The position numbers were made by a program, and so were the translations under genes. A stretch of 64,000 nt of DNA from the human T2T-CHM13v2.0 reference genome, Homo sapiens. Shown here one piece after another: positions 1 through 14,400 of this stretch (its first letter is position 1; the number at the start of each line of letters is the position of its first letter). The DNA is taken from the NCBI RefSeq assembly GCF_009914755.1, contig NC_060927.1. One strand, 5' to 3'. The notes beneath the pieces were generated by a model. That model saw only the letters and a list, made by a program, of their open reading frames with translations, searched no databases and had not been told where the DNA came from.

Positions 1-29
1 TACTTTAAATATTTACATGACTGCCTCCT

Positions 30-900
30 CTTCATCCTTAAAATGCCCACTTAAATTTTTTTTTCTCTAACTAAAAGCTGTAATTAGAGTAGCACTCATA
101 TTCTCTGTCCTTTATGGTAGCACTGTGTTAATCTTTGTCACAGCATTTTTTGCAACCTATAATTATTTTATTTGAAAAAATTTAATTTCCTCTGCTAGAA
201 AGAGGTGTCTGTCGTGCTCACTGTTGTATCCCTGCATTAATTGGCCAGTGCTTAGGATACATTAGTCATTCAGTAGATATGTTGTTGGAGGGAATCTATT
301 ATATAGAACCGACTGAAATGGAGATAGTTGAATTTTAACCAAGGGCTCTTATGATAATTTAGGTGAGTTGCTGAAGGCTTGAGTTTTAGTGATGTCAGTG
401 TAAATGGAACAGAAAAGGATGGATGAGAGACATTTCAAGAGAAAAACCAACACAAATTGATGTGTGACTTAAGGGGAGCCTGGGTGAATTGGAAGATAAT
501 GATTTACAATTATAATTAATAGATTGGTAAAGAGGATAGAAGAGCTGGATTTTTGGAGATGATGCATATTCAATTTTTGGAGATTGATGCATATTCAATT
601 TGAGGTGATAGCAAGATATTTAAGTAGAAATGTTGAGGAACAGTAGCTTGGATTAGAGAACACAATTCAAATTACAGAGTCTAGGCCAGAGGTGATACGA
701 TGAAGTCATAATAATGAACGAGCTATCTAGAGAGAGGGTATATGTGAGAAGAGCAGATGGCTCAGTGGAAGGAAAATGAGGAGCCAGAAATGGAAACCAG
801 AAGCAGGTGGCGTGGAGGGAGGGAAACCAATTTAATATAGGGGTAAGGAAACCAGCAGTTTCAAGAAAGAGGGATGATTAAGTTGGCTGCATCCAGTAGA
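30..900. mobile_element. Degenerate L2 fragments
   Basis: tgctcactgttgtatccctgca...cattcagtagatatgttg (L2 3' end) and purine-rich antisense L2-like text. Confidence 0.5.
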
Positions 901-1051
901 GCTATCCCTTGTCATATGCATTTGAAAGTTCTGAAATGTTACCTTTTATTAAGTAGTTTGAGATCAGAGGGTACCTTGGGTTTTATTTATTCTATAAGAA
1001 AGTATAGCTTAATGAGAATGATAGAGTACAGCTTTGAGTTCTTGTCTTTTC

Positions 1052-1621
<570 letters not shown>

Positions 1622-1961
1622 GAAGTTCTTATGTTTTAGAGATATTTACTTAAATATTTATGGATGAAAATATTTTTTCAGGTATACACTGAAATATTTA
1701 CATAAATTTTTAGAGGTATACACCGAAATATTTACAGACAAAAGTTTTTTGCTTCAAAATACTTAAGCAAGGAAACAGGAATGGGTGAGAATATGGATAC
1801 TGTGGCCGTGGACAAGTGGCCATGAGTTGATGATTTTAGCTACATGATGGGTTTAAGGGGTTTGTTCTCTTCTTTAATGTATGTTTGAAATTTTACATAA
1901 TAGAAATTATAAAAGGAGGGAATTGTCTTTTCCAGCTGTAATCTAGGGCACATTACTTAAC

Positions 1962-2205
1962 TTTTTTGAGACAGGGTCTTGCTCTGTCACCTAGGCTGGA
2001 GTACAGTGGCCTGATAACTCTTCAGCTCCTTACGTAGCTGGAACTATAGGTGCATGCCACCATGGCTGGTTAATTTTTGAATTTTTTGTAGAGACAGGAT
2101 TTTGCCATGTTGCCCAGGCTGGCCTCCAACTCCTGGGCTCAAGTGATTCGTCTACCTTGGCCTCTGAAAGTGCTGCAATTACAGGTGTGAGCCACAGCAC
2201 CCAGC
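1962..2205 (-). mobile_element. Alu (AluJ-like, internally deleted)
   Basis: Antisense Alu with ctcctgggctcaag. Confidence 0.85.
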
Positions 2206-2206
2206 G

Positions 2207-2352
2207 TACTTAAACCTTTGAAGCCTTAGTTTCTTCAGTTAAAAATGGTGATATTAATACTGATTGTATCAGTTTGCTGTGGTGATTAATGACAGTGTAT
2301 TAAAACTACTTAGCATACTTACTCTGTGCACTCATTGTCCAGTAAATATTTC
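2207..2352 (+). mobile_element. MIR fragment
   Basis: gccttagtttcttcagttaaaaatggtgatattaatac, a MIR core-like sequence. Confidence 0.55.
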
Positions 2353-2893
2353 TGAAGTGAAATACAGTGAGATAATACAGTTAGGCATCAAGGTTAAGGG
2401 GTTTGTAGAGGGAGAAAAGGTTCTGGGCTCTTTATAGCAACCTTTCATAAGAGATACGTTCTTTTTAGAATGTTATAAAGTTGGAATGGCTAACTTAAAA
2501 GCTTCCATAGACATAATATTTATTTATTTTGGCATGTTTTTAATAGGAGTTTTCTGATCTGAACGTGTACAAAAGCAGCAGTACAGTGGTATTTCATCTG
2601 TTCTAAACCACATCCTTTTACTGAATGTTATTCCGGAAGCATTTATAAGGCAGGTGCCCCTTTGAAAGACATTGTCCTTTAAAGTAGTTTGAAACTAAAT
2701 TTTCATTTAACATTAAAGTCAAATGAGGGAATACTTAAGATGGAAGCATGGGTTAATAAAATTGTATTAACACTAATTTCTTAGAGCACCTGACTTAAAG
2801 TATATATTTTTTGGTAGTAACTTGGCTATAGGTAGTATATAGTTATCCTTTTTTTTTTCTTTTGCAGTAAAACTTGGTTATGGATAGTATATA

Positions 2894-3219
2894 CTTGTCC
2901 TTTGGTATCCATGAGGTGTTGGTTCCAAGACTCCTTGCAGATACCAAAATTTGAGGATGCTTGAGTCTCTTGTGTAAAATGGGGTACTATTTACATATAA
3001 CCTATGCACATTCTCCTGTATACTCGAACTCATCTCTAGATTACCTAATACATTGTAAATGGTATTTAGGTAGTTAATGCTATATTGTTTAGGGAATAAT
3101 GACAAGGAAAAAACGTCTGTATATGTTTAGTACAGGTGCTTTTTTTTTTCCTGAATGTTTTAAATCCACGGCTGGTTGAATTCATAGATGCGGAACCCAT
3201 AGATACAGAGGGCCAACTG
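2894..3219 (+). mobile_element. MER2 DNA transposon (TcMar-Tigger)
   Basis: ggttccaagactcc...ataccaaaat...catctctagattacctaata...gatacagagggccaactg, flanked by TA. Confidence 0.8.
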
Positions 3220-3337
3220 TACTAAGAAATTGCTGTCACAGTCTGTAGATGTCATACAGTTTTGTCTCCAGATAAATGAGAGACCTGTGAACACAAAGGA
3301 AACTTTCTTGTATGCCTTTTCATTCTCATGTTTTTAA

Positions 3338-3930
<593 letters not shown>

Positions 3931-4334
3931 ATTTTTTTTCTATCTTAACATAAAATGGAAAAGTTACTGTTGCCTTTTCTCCTGATAAATAGCAGCCTAA
4001 GTAAGACTGGTAGTTTGGAATAAAGGACAAGTTAAAAGGGCAGGAAGGTGAGGAAAGAAGTGTTTAAAAATGAAGGCGAGAAGGAGAAAAAGAAGTTGAG
4101 AGATAAAGTTTATATTTTCCTGTGCCTTAGTATCGACTTGCAGTGAATTAGTTGAAAGTTGCCTTGCCAGTTACATATAATTGGTGACTTTTAAGTTATT
4201 TGTCACCTGGAACAGACATAACTTCTTTAGCATAAAATTCAGATACAACTGTCATTGAATTTATGTTTCCATAAAATTGGTGGTAGAATTTTTAGCATTA
4301 GGTAGGAGAAGAGGACAGGGAAAGACAGCTGTGT

Positions 4335-4475
4335 CTCAGGCACTGTACTGTTTTACCTATTTTGTTAAATCCTCACAGCAACCCTGTAGGTAGGTGTTAA
4401 CTGAAGCAGAGAGGTTAGATAACTTGCTCAGTGTTACACACTGATGATAAATGACAGAGCAAGAATTCAAACTGT
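4335..4475 (-). mobile_element. MIR fragment
   Basis: aatcctcacagcaaccctgtaggtaggt...actgaagcagagaggttagataacttgctca. Confidence 0.6.
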
Positions 4476-4519
4476 AATGTTTCGGTTCTTGTTATCTTTT
4501 ATTCATCGCCTTTATTGTT

Positions 4520-4841
<322 letters not shown>

Positions 4842-4945
4842 CTCCTTGCTTTATTTTATGATTCCATTCAGTCATTAGTCTTGTCGGTTTTTAAAAAAAG
4901 GTTTTATTGAGATATGATTCACATACTATACAGTTCACTCATTAA

Positions 4946-5256
<311 letters not shown>

Positions 5257-5454
5257 ATATTGGAACACTTTAATCACCTCCCAAAGCAATGCCATACTCA
5301 TTAGTTGTCACCCCTAACCTCCCCTCTCCGTGTCCTAGGAAACCATTAATCTGCCTTCTGTCTCTATACATTTGCTCATTCTGAACCTTTCATATACATG
5401 GAATCATATAGTATGTGGTCCTTTGTAACCGCTTTCTTTCACTTAGTTCAATGT

Positions 5455-5786
5455 TTTTTTTGTTGTTTGTTTTGTTTTTTTCTTTTTTGAGGCAAGGTTT
5501 GCTCTGTTGCTTGGACTGTAGTGCAGTGCTTGATCACAGCTCACTGCAACCTCTGCCATCCAGGCACAAGTGATCCTCCTGCCTCAGTCTCCTGAGTAGC
5601 TGGGACTGCAGGCATGTGCCACCATGCCAGGCTAATTTTTTGATTTTTTTTTTTTTTTTTTTTTTTTGTAGAGACAGTCTCACTGTGTTGCCCAGGCTGG
5701 TTTTGAACTCCTGCGCTCAAGTGATCTTCCCACCTCTGCCTCCCAAAGAGCTAGGATTACAGGAGTGAGCCACTGCACCCAGCAGC
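5455..5786 (-). mobile_element. Alu (AluJ-like)
   Basis: Antisense Alu with expanded central T run. Confidence 0.88.
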
Positions 5787-5830
5787 TTGATGTTTCTAAG
5801 GTTCATCCATGTTATAGCACATACTGGTAC

Positions 5831-7157
5831 TGTGTCTGGAATTGGTGGGTTCTTGGTCTCTCTGACTTCAAGAATGAAGCCGCGGACCCTCGCGGTGAGT
5901 GTTACAGCTGTTAAGGTGGCGCGTCTGGAGTTTGCTCCTTCTGATGTTCAGATGTGTTCGGAGTTTCTTCCTTCTGGTGGAATCGTGATCTCGCTGGTTT
6001 CAGGAGTGAAGCTGTAGACCTTCGCGGCGAGTGTTACAGCTCATAAAGGCAGTGTGGACCCAAAGAGTAAGCAGTAGCAAGATTTATTGCAAAGAGCGAA
6101 AGAACAAAGCTTCCACAGTGTGGAAGGGGACCGGAGCGGGTTGCCACTGCTGGCTCGGGCAGCCTGCTTTTATTCTCTTATCTGGCCCCACCCACATGCT
6201 GCTGATTGGTAGAGCTGAGTGGTCTGTTTTGACAGGGCACTGATTGGTGCGTTTACAATCCCTGAGCTAGGCCCAAAGTTCTCCACCTCCCCACCAGATT
6301 AGCTAGATACAGAATGTTGACACAAAGGTTCTCCAAGTCCCCACCAGAGTAGCTAGATACGGAGTGTCGATTGGTGCATTCACAAACCCTGAGCTAGACA
6401 CAGGGTGCTGATTGGTGTGTTTACAAACCTTGAGCTAGAGACAGAGTGCCCATTGGTGTATTTACAATCCCTGAGCTAGACATAAAGATTCTCCAAGGCC
6501 CCACCAGACTCAGGAGCCCAGCTGGCTTCACCCAGTGGATCCCGCACAGGGGTTGCAGGTGGAGCTGCCTGCCAGTCCTGCGCTGTGTGCCTGCACTCCT
6601 GAGCCCTTGGGTGGTCAATGGGATTGGGCGCCCTGGAGCAGAGGGTGGTGCTTGTTGGGGAGGCTCGGGCGGCACAGCAGCCCATGGGGCGGGGAGGCTC
6701 AGGCATGGCGGGCTGCAGGTCCTGAGCCCTGCCCCACGGGGAGGCAGCTGAGGCCCGGCAAGAAATCAAGCGCAGCGCTGGTGGGCTGGCATTGCTGGGG
6801 GACCCAGTACACCCTCTTCAGTTGCTGGCCCGGGTGCTAAGCCCCCCACTGTCCGGCCGGCAGGGCCGGCCGGCTGCTCTGAGTGCGTGCGGGGCCTGCC
6901 AAGCCCACGCCCACCCGGAACTCCAGCTGGCCCGCCAGCGTTGCACGCAGCCCCAGTTCCCGCTGGCGCCTCTCCCTCTACACCTCCCCCCAAGCTGAGG
7001 GAGCAGGCTCTGCCCTTGGCCAGCCCAGAAAGGGGCTCCCACAGTGCAGTGGTGGGCTGAAGGGCTCCTCAAGTGCTGCCAAAGTGGGAGCCCAGGCAGA
7101 GGAGGTGCCAAGAGCGAGCGAGGGCTTTGAGGACTGCCAGCACGCTGTCACCTCTCA
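5831..7157 (-). mobile_element. Solo LTR12C (HERV9/ERV1 LTR)
   Basis: Minus strand starts TGAGAGGTGACAGCGTGCTGGCAG and ends CCCACCAATTCCAGACACA. Has tandem CCAAT-containing repeats and a 4-bp TSD GTAC (5827-5830, 7158-7161), and interrupts an L1 3' UTR. Confidence 0.95.
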
Positions 7158-7744
7158 GTACTTCATTCCTTTTTATTGCTGAATAATATGTAATTTTACA
7201 GTTAATACCACATTTTATGCATTCATCAGTTTACAGGCATTTGAGTTTTTTCTCCCTTATGCCTATTACGAGTAATATGGCTACTGGCATTCATGTACAT
7301 GTTTTTAAAAAGTTATTGTGGTAAGATATGTGTAACATAAAATTTACCATTTTAACCATTTTTAAGTGTACAGTGATAAGTATATTCACATTGTTATGCA
7401 GCCATCACCACCACCTGTTTGCATAAGTTTTTCATTTTTGCCACCTGAAACTCTGTACCCATTAAACAACAACTCCCAAGTCTGCCATCCCCCCAACCTC
7501 TGGCAATCACCATTCTACTTTCTATCTCTATGAATTTGACAACTCCTGGAACCATGTGTAAGTGAAATAAATCATACAATATTTGTCCTTTATGACTGGC
7601 TTATTTCACTGAGTATAGTGTCTTCAAGGTTTATTCACATTGTAGCATGTGTCTAAAGTTCCTCCCCGACCAAAGGCTGGTACTGTTCCGTTGAATCTAT
7701 ATTTACCACATGTTGTTTACTCATTCAACTGATGACAGACACTG

Positions 7745-8109
<365 letters not shown>

Positions 8110-8489
8110 TGAGTTCTCACTTTTACTTCTTTTGGGTTTGTATCCATAAGTGAAATTGCTGGATTGTATGGTAATTTTGTTTCTAATTTTTTGAAGAACT
8201 GCCATATGGGTTTCCACAGTGGCTGTACCATCTTATCTTCCCACCAGCAGTGCACAAGGGTTCTAATTTTCTACATTTTCACCAACACTTGTTATTTTCT
8301 GTCATCATCATTTTTTTAATAATAACCATGGTGATGGTTGTGAGGTGGTATTATTGTGGTTTTGATTTGGATTTTTCTAATGGCTGGTGATATGATCATC
8401 TTTTCATGTGCTTATTCACTGTTTGCATATCTTCTTTGGAGAAGTGTCTATTCAATTCCTACTCCATTTTTGTGTTGGATTTTTATTTT

Positions 8490-8817
<328 letters not shown>

Positions 8818-9002
8818 TAAGAGTTCTTTATATATTCTGAATATCAGTGTCCTATCAGATGTGATTTCCAAATATTCCTTTCTGTGGGTTACCTTTTCAC
8901 TGTATTAATTTAGTGTCCTTTCATATACAAAGTATGTTAAAAAGATCTTAATTTTGATGAAGTCCAGTTTGACTCTTTTCAGTTGCCTGTGCTACTGATG
9001 TC

Positions 9003-9355
9003 CTGGATTATCTGAGTGGGCTCTGGTAATCACAAGAGTCCTTATCAGAGGGAATCAATTAGTCCAGGAAAGGGATGTGATGCTGAAAGCAGAAATCTTG
9101 ATGATGTGGCCAAGTGCAAAGGAATATAAGCAGCTTCTAGGAGCTGGAATAGACAAAGAACAGATTCTTCTCTAGAGCCTTCTGAAGGAATGCAGGCTTT
9201 GATTGTAGCTTTGTAATCTACTCCATCCAGGCTGCTGCAAATGCCAAACAGGCCTGTAAGACCTGTTTTAGACTTAATGACCTCTAGAACTGTGAGATCA
9301 CAAATTTGTGTTGTTTTAAGCCACTATTGTTACACAGCATTAGGCAATTAATACA
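9003..9355 (+). mobile_element. MLT1-family MaLR LTR fragment
   Basis: ctggattatctgagtgggc...gtaatcacaagagtcctt...ctctagaactgtgaga...ttttaagccact...aattaataca resembles MLT1. Confidence 0.7.
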
Positions 9356-9406
9356 ACTAGAATCAAAGGAGAGACTGAGAGCATGAAGATTATACATGAG
9401 ACTTTT

Positions 9407-9738
9407 AAAATACTTTATTTCAGTAGGTTTTTGGGGAACCGATGGTGTTTGATTACATGAGTAAGTTCTTTAGTGGTGATTTCTGAGATTGGTACAACCA
9501 TCACCCAACAGCAATGTACACTGTACCCAATGTGTAGTCTTTTATCCCTCACGCCACCACCCTTATCATTCATATGCTTTTGCGTCCTCATAGCTTTGCT
9601 CCCACTTATGAATGGAGAATATACGATGTTTGGTTTTCCATTCCTGAGTTACTTCAGTTAGAATAATGGTCTCCAGTTCCATCCAGGCTGCTGCAAATGC
9701 CATTATTTTGTTTCTTTTTATGGCTAAGTAATATTCCA

Positions 9739-9822
<84 letters not shown>

Positions 9823-10381
9823 CATATTTTCTTTACCCATTCGTTAATTGATGGACATTTGGGCTGGTTCCATATTTTTGCAGTTGTGAATTGTGCTGCT
9901 GTAAACATGCATGTGCAAGTATCTTTTTCGTATAATAACTTCTTCTCCTCTGGGTAGATACCCAGGAGTGGGATTGCTCGATCTACTTTCAGTTCTTTAA
10001 GGAATCTGCGCCATCCACGCCAACATCTATTTTTTGATTTTTTGATTGTGGCCATTCTTGCAGGAGTAGGTGGTACTGCATTGTGGTTTTGATTTGCATT
10101 TCCCTGGTAATTAGTGATGTTGAACATTTTTTCATATGTTGGCCATTTGTGTATCTTCGTTTGAGAATTGTCTATTCACGTCCTTAGGCTGTTTTTTGAT
10201 GGGATTGTTTTTTTCTTGCTGATCTGAGTTCCTTGTAGATTCTGGATATTAGTCCTTTGTCAGATGTATAGATGGTGAAGATTTTCTCCCACTCTGTGGG
10301 TTGTTTACTCTGCTGATTGTGTCTTTTGCTGTGCAGAAGCTTTTTAGTTTAAGTCCCATCTCTTTATCTTTGTTTTTGAGG
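9407..10381 (-). mobile_element. 5'-truncated L1 (L1PB-like 3' end)
   Basis: L1PB-type 3' UTR and ORF2 C-terminal remnant (minus ORF 9654-10127, AIPLLGIYPEEKK...QPKCPSINEW). 12-bp TSD CATGAGACTTTT at 9395-9406 and 10382-10393. Confidence 0.88.
9741..9822. repeat. Compound microsatellite (GT)23(AT)5(AC)13
   Basis: Read directly from the sequence. Confidence 0.95.
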
Positions 10382-10399
10382 CATGAGACTTTTGATAGA

Positions 10400-11430
10400 A
10401 TCTACATCTTGCTTTGCTCAGATTGGCTTAAACCCTACATTGATTCTAATCCATCACCAAGTCTTGACATCTTCCATGGAAATTTGAGAAGGGTTAGTGA
10501 TATAAGCCAGTGGTACCTGCTACTGCAACTGGTATTGAGGCAGGAATTACTATTCATCATTACCTTCTTTTACTACCTATTCTAGATTTCCTTTATGCTG
10601 GGCCAGCATTTAAGCTGGTTTAAGTTGCTTGTGTCCTTTAGGCTTTCATCCTTGTGGGACTTGAGCCTTTAGTTGCCTTGCCTGTTTTGAGCCATGGTTG
10701 CTGTAATTTCCTGTTTACCCTATTAGCAAGCATGGAAATACCCTGCATTCCAGACAGATTGCTCCCTAATCTCATTGTGTACAACAGGTCCTAATAATCA
10801 GGGTCATTTATCACTGCTAGTATATTTATTCCTTTCTTTGCCTGCTCGTTCATCAGTATGAGAAGCCCATAGTGACCAAGTGGTGGTTGTGGCTTTAGGC
10901 TCCGTGAACCCCTACTGTGGAAGCATTACCCTCAGGATCTCTAGTACAGCAGAGATTTTAAATTGTGGGGATAGGAAATCCACATGCCATAAGTGAGTTA
11001 CTGGGAGTGATGGTGAAGAGTCAATCTAACTTCTCTACCCCTTGGTTTCTAAACCCGTGCATCTCAGGTAGTAGGGATATAATACCCTAGCCATTGGTTC
11101 AGTGCATATGCTGCATCCCAAATGACCAGCAGAATGACTTCTTAATCGAGCTTTTAATTTAATGCACCACTTTATGATTTTGTTAGCCGGACAGTTTCTA
11201 GGTGATGTGGTATGTGGTGTAGGACCAGTGGATGCCATGGTCATGTGCTTAATGTTGTATCTTCTTCACCATTAAACGAGTCCTTTAGTTTGAGGTGATG
11301 TTAAAGTGAATCCCAGATTGGCAAAGCAAACATTTTGAAACCATTGAGGTACTGTAAATGTCCAGAGACACTCAGGGCAGGAAAGGCAAACTCATTTCTA
11401 CAGTAAGTGTAAATCCTACTTCCCCTGGAA
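10400..11430 (-). mobile_element. ERVL-class internal relic (integrase and dUTPase remnants)
   Basis: Minus-strand translation near 10900-10790, LKPQPPLGHYGLLILMNEQAKKGINILAVINDPDY*, resembles the HERV-L dUTPase region. HDHGIHWSY near 11250-11220 resembles HERV-L integrase. Confidence 0.7.
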
Positions 11431-11573
11431 TGCAAAGGTTCCAATTCCATCCTGCCACCTGCTCAGTTCTGTGTCTGATAAGTTGTTTCCTGCATTCTGC
11501 TGTGATCCTAAATTTTGCTAGATTTTTTAAATCTTATTAGTACTTTTAATTATATTTTTCAGAAATAAGCTGA

Positions 11574-11900
<327 letters not shown>

Positions 11901-12097
11901 TGATAATAGGGATGTGATAAACAGTTTTCACTTTAACGTAGTCAACTATATGATTCCATTTGTATGGAATTCAAGAAAAGGCAAACTGATGATAGGTGTG
12001 TATAAGGCTTTGGTATGTTTTTGGTTTATTTTATTATATATATATATCATGTTTCCGTACCTTTTAATGTTGCAATAAAATTGTTTTGTCTGACATT

Positions 12098-12172
12098 AAA
12101 ATTGCCATATCACCTTTTTTAAAAAATTGCCATACCACCTTTTTTAAAAAATTGCCATACCACCTTTTTAAA
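12098..12172. repeat. Tandem repeat, 3 copies of an approx. 25-bp unit AAAAAATTGCCATACCACCTTTTTT
   Basis: Read directly from the sequence. Confidence 0.9.
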
Positions 12173-12248
12173 AAAAAGGTTTGTCAGAATTTATTTTTTT
12201 CATCTTTTCTCTGTTAATGTTTTAGTTCACTTTTATAAACAGCTTTAG

Positions 12249-12577
<329 letters not shown>

Positions 12578-13249
12578 TGTATGTTATTTTTGTTATTTTC
12601 TGTTACAAATGAGTTAAATTCATTCACATCTATTTTAATTATGATATATCTGGATTTTTGTCATCTTGCTTTGTTTGCCATCCTTTTTCTTTGCTTCTCT
12701 TCTCCTTTCCTGTTTTTTGTTTTTTATTGATATATAATATTTTACATATTTACGAGGCACATGTGACATTTTGTTACATAGGATGTGTAATGATCAAGTC
12801 AGGGTATTTGGGATATCTATCACCTTGAGTATTTATCATTTCTATGTGTTGGGAACATTTAAAGTCCTCTCTTCTATCTACTTTGAAATACACAGTTTTG
12901 CTAGCTATAGTCACCTTAGTCTGCTATAGAATATTAGAATTTTTATACTTTTTCTTTAACAATATGTTTGTGTACATTGAGCAACCTCTTTTCATTACCT
13001 ACCACCCATGTACCCTTCTCAGATTTTGGTGTCTGTCATTCTACTGTCTACCTCCATGAGATCATCTTTTAAACCCACTGAATGAGTTAGAACATATTAT
13101 ATTTGTCTTTCTAGTCCTGGCTTATTTCACTTAACATAATGACCTCCAGGTCCATCCATGTTGCTGCAAATGACATGATTTCATTATTTTTTAATGGCCA
13201 AATAGTATCCCATTGTGTATATATGCCACATATGTCCATTAATCTGTTT

Positions 13250-13511
13250 TTGTTTTGTTTTGTTTTTAAAGGCAGGGTCTCACTCTGTCACCCAGGCTGG
13301 AGTGCAGTGGTGCAATCATGGCTCACTGCAGTGAGTAGCCGGGACCACAAGCATACCCCACCACACCTGGCTAATTAAAAAAGAATTTTTTTTGTAGAAA
13401 TGGGGGTCTCACTATGTTGCCCAAACTGGTCTCAAATTCCTGGGCTCAAGCAGTCCTCCTGCCTCGGCCTCCCAGAGTGCTAGGATTACAGACCTAGCAC
13501 TGTGCCTGGCC
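13250..13511 (-). mobile_element. Alu (AluJ-like, deleted)
   Basis: Antisense Alu inside an L1 3' UTR. Confidence 0.85.
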
Positions 13512-13748
13512 CCATACATCTGTTGATGAACACTTAGGTTGATTACATATATTTGCTATTGTGAATAGTGCTACAGTAAACATGCAAGTGCAGGTATCCC
13601 TTTGATATACTGATTTCTTTTCCTATGGATAACTACCCAGTAGTGGGATTGCTGGATCTTGTGGTAGTTCTGTTTTCAATTTTTTGAGAAATTTTTGTAG
13701 GTTTCCAAAAAGTATGTACTAATTTACATTCTTACCAACACTGTATAA

Positions 13749-14120
<372 letters not shown>

Positions 14121-14400
14121 TAACAGCCATTTTAACTTGGCTGAAATGATATTTCATGTGGTTTTTATTTGCATTTCCTTAATGATTAGTGATGTTGAGC
14201 ATTTTTTCATATACTTGTTTGCCATTTGTATGCCTTTCTTTGAAAAATATCTATTCATGTCCTTAGCCTACTTTTAAATGGGATTATTGGTGGGGTTTTT
14301 GTTTTTGTTGTTTGAGTTCCTTGTATATTCTAGGTATTAGTCACTTGTTGAATAGTTCGCACATATTTTCTCCCATTCAGCAGATTGTCTCTTCACCCTT

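Noticed and set aside
6031-7182. Cluster of overlapping GC-rich ORFs and approx. 40-bp tandem repeats resembling a CRISPR-like array
   Set aside because: These are the standard U3 enhancer repeats and GC-rich body of LTR12C; there are no unique spacers or cas genes, and the DNA is primate.
9566-9957. CVCV/THTH repeat peptides
   Set aside because: Translations of the GT/AC microsatellite.
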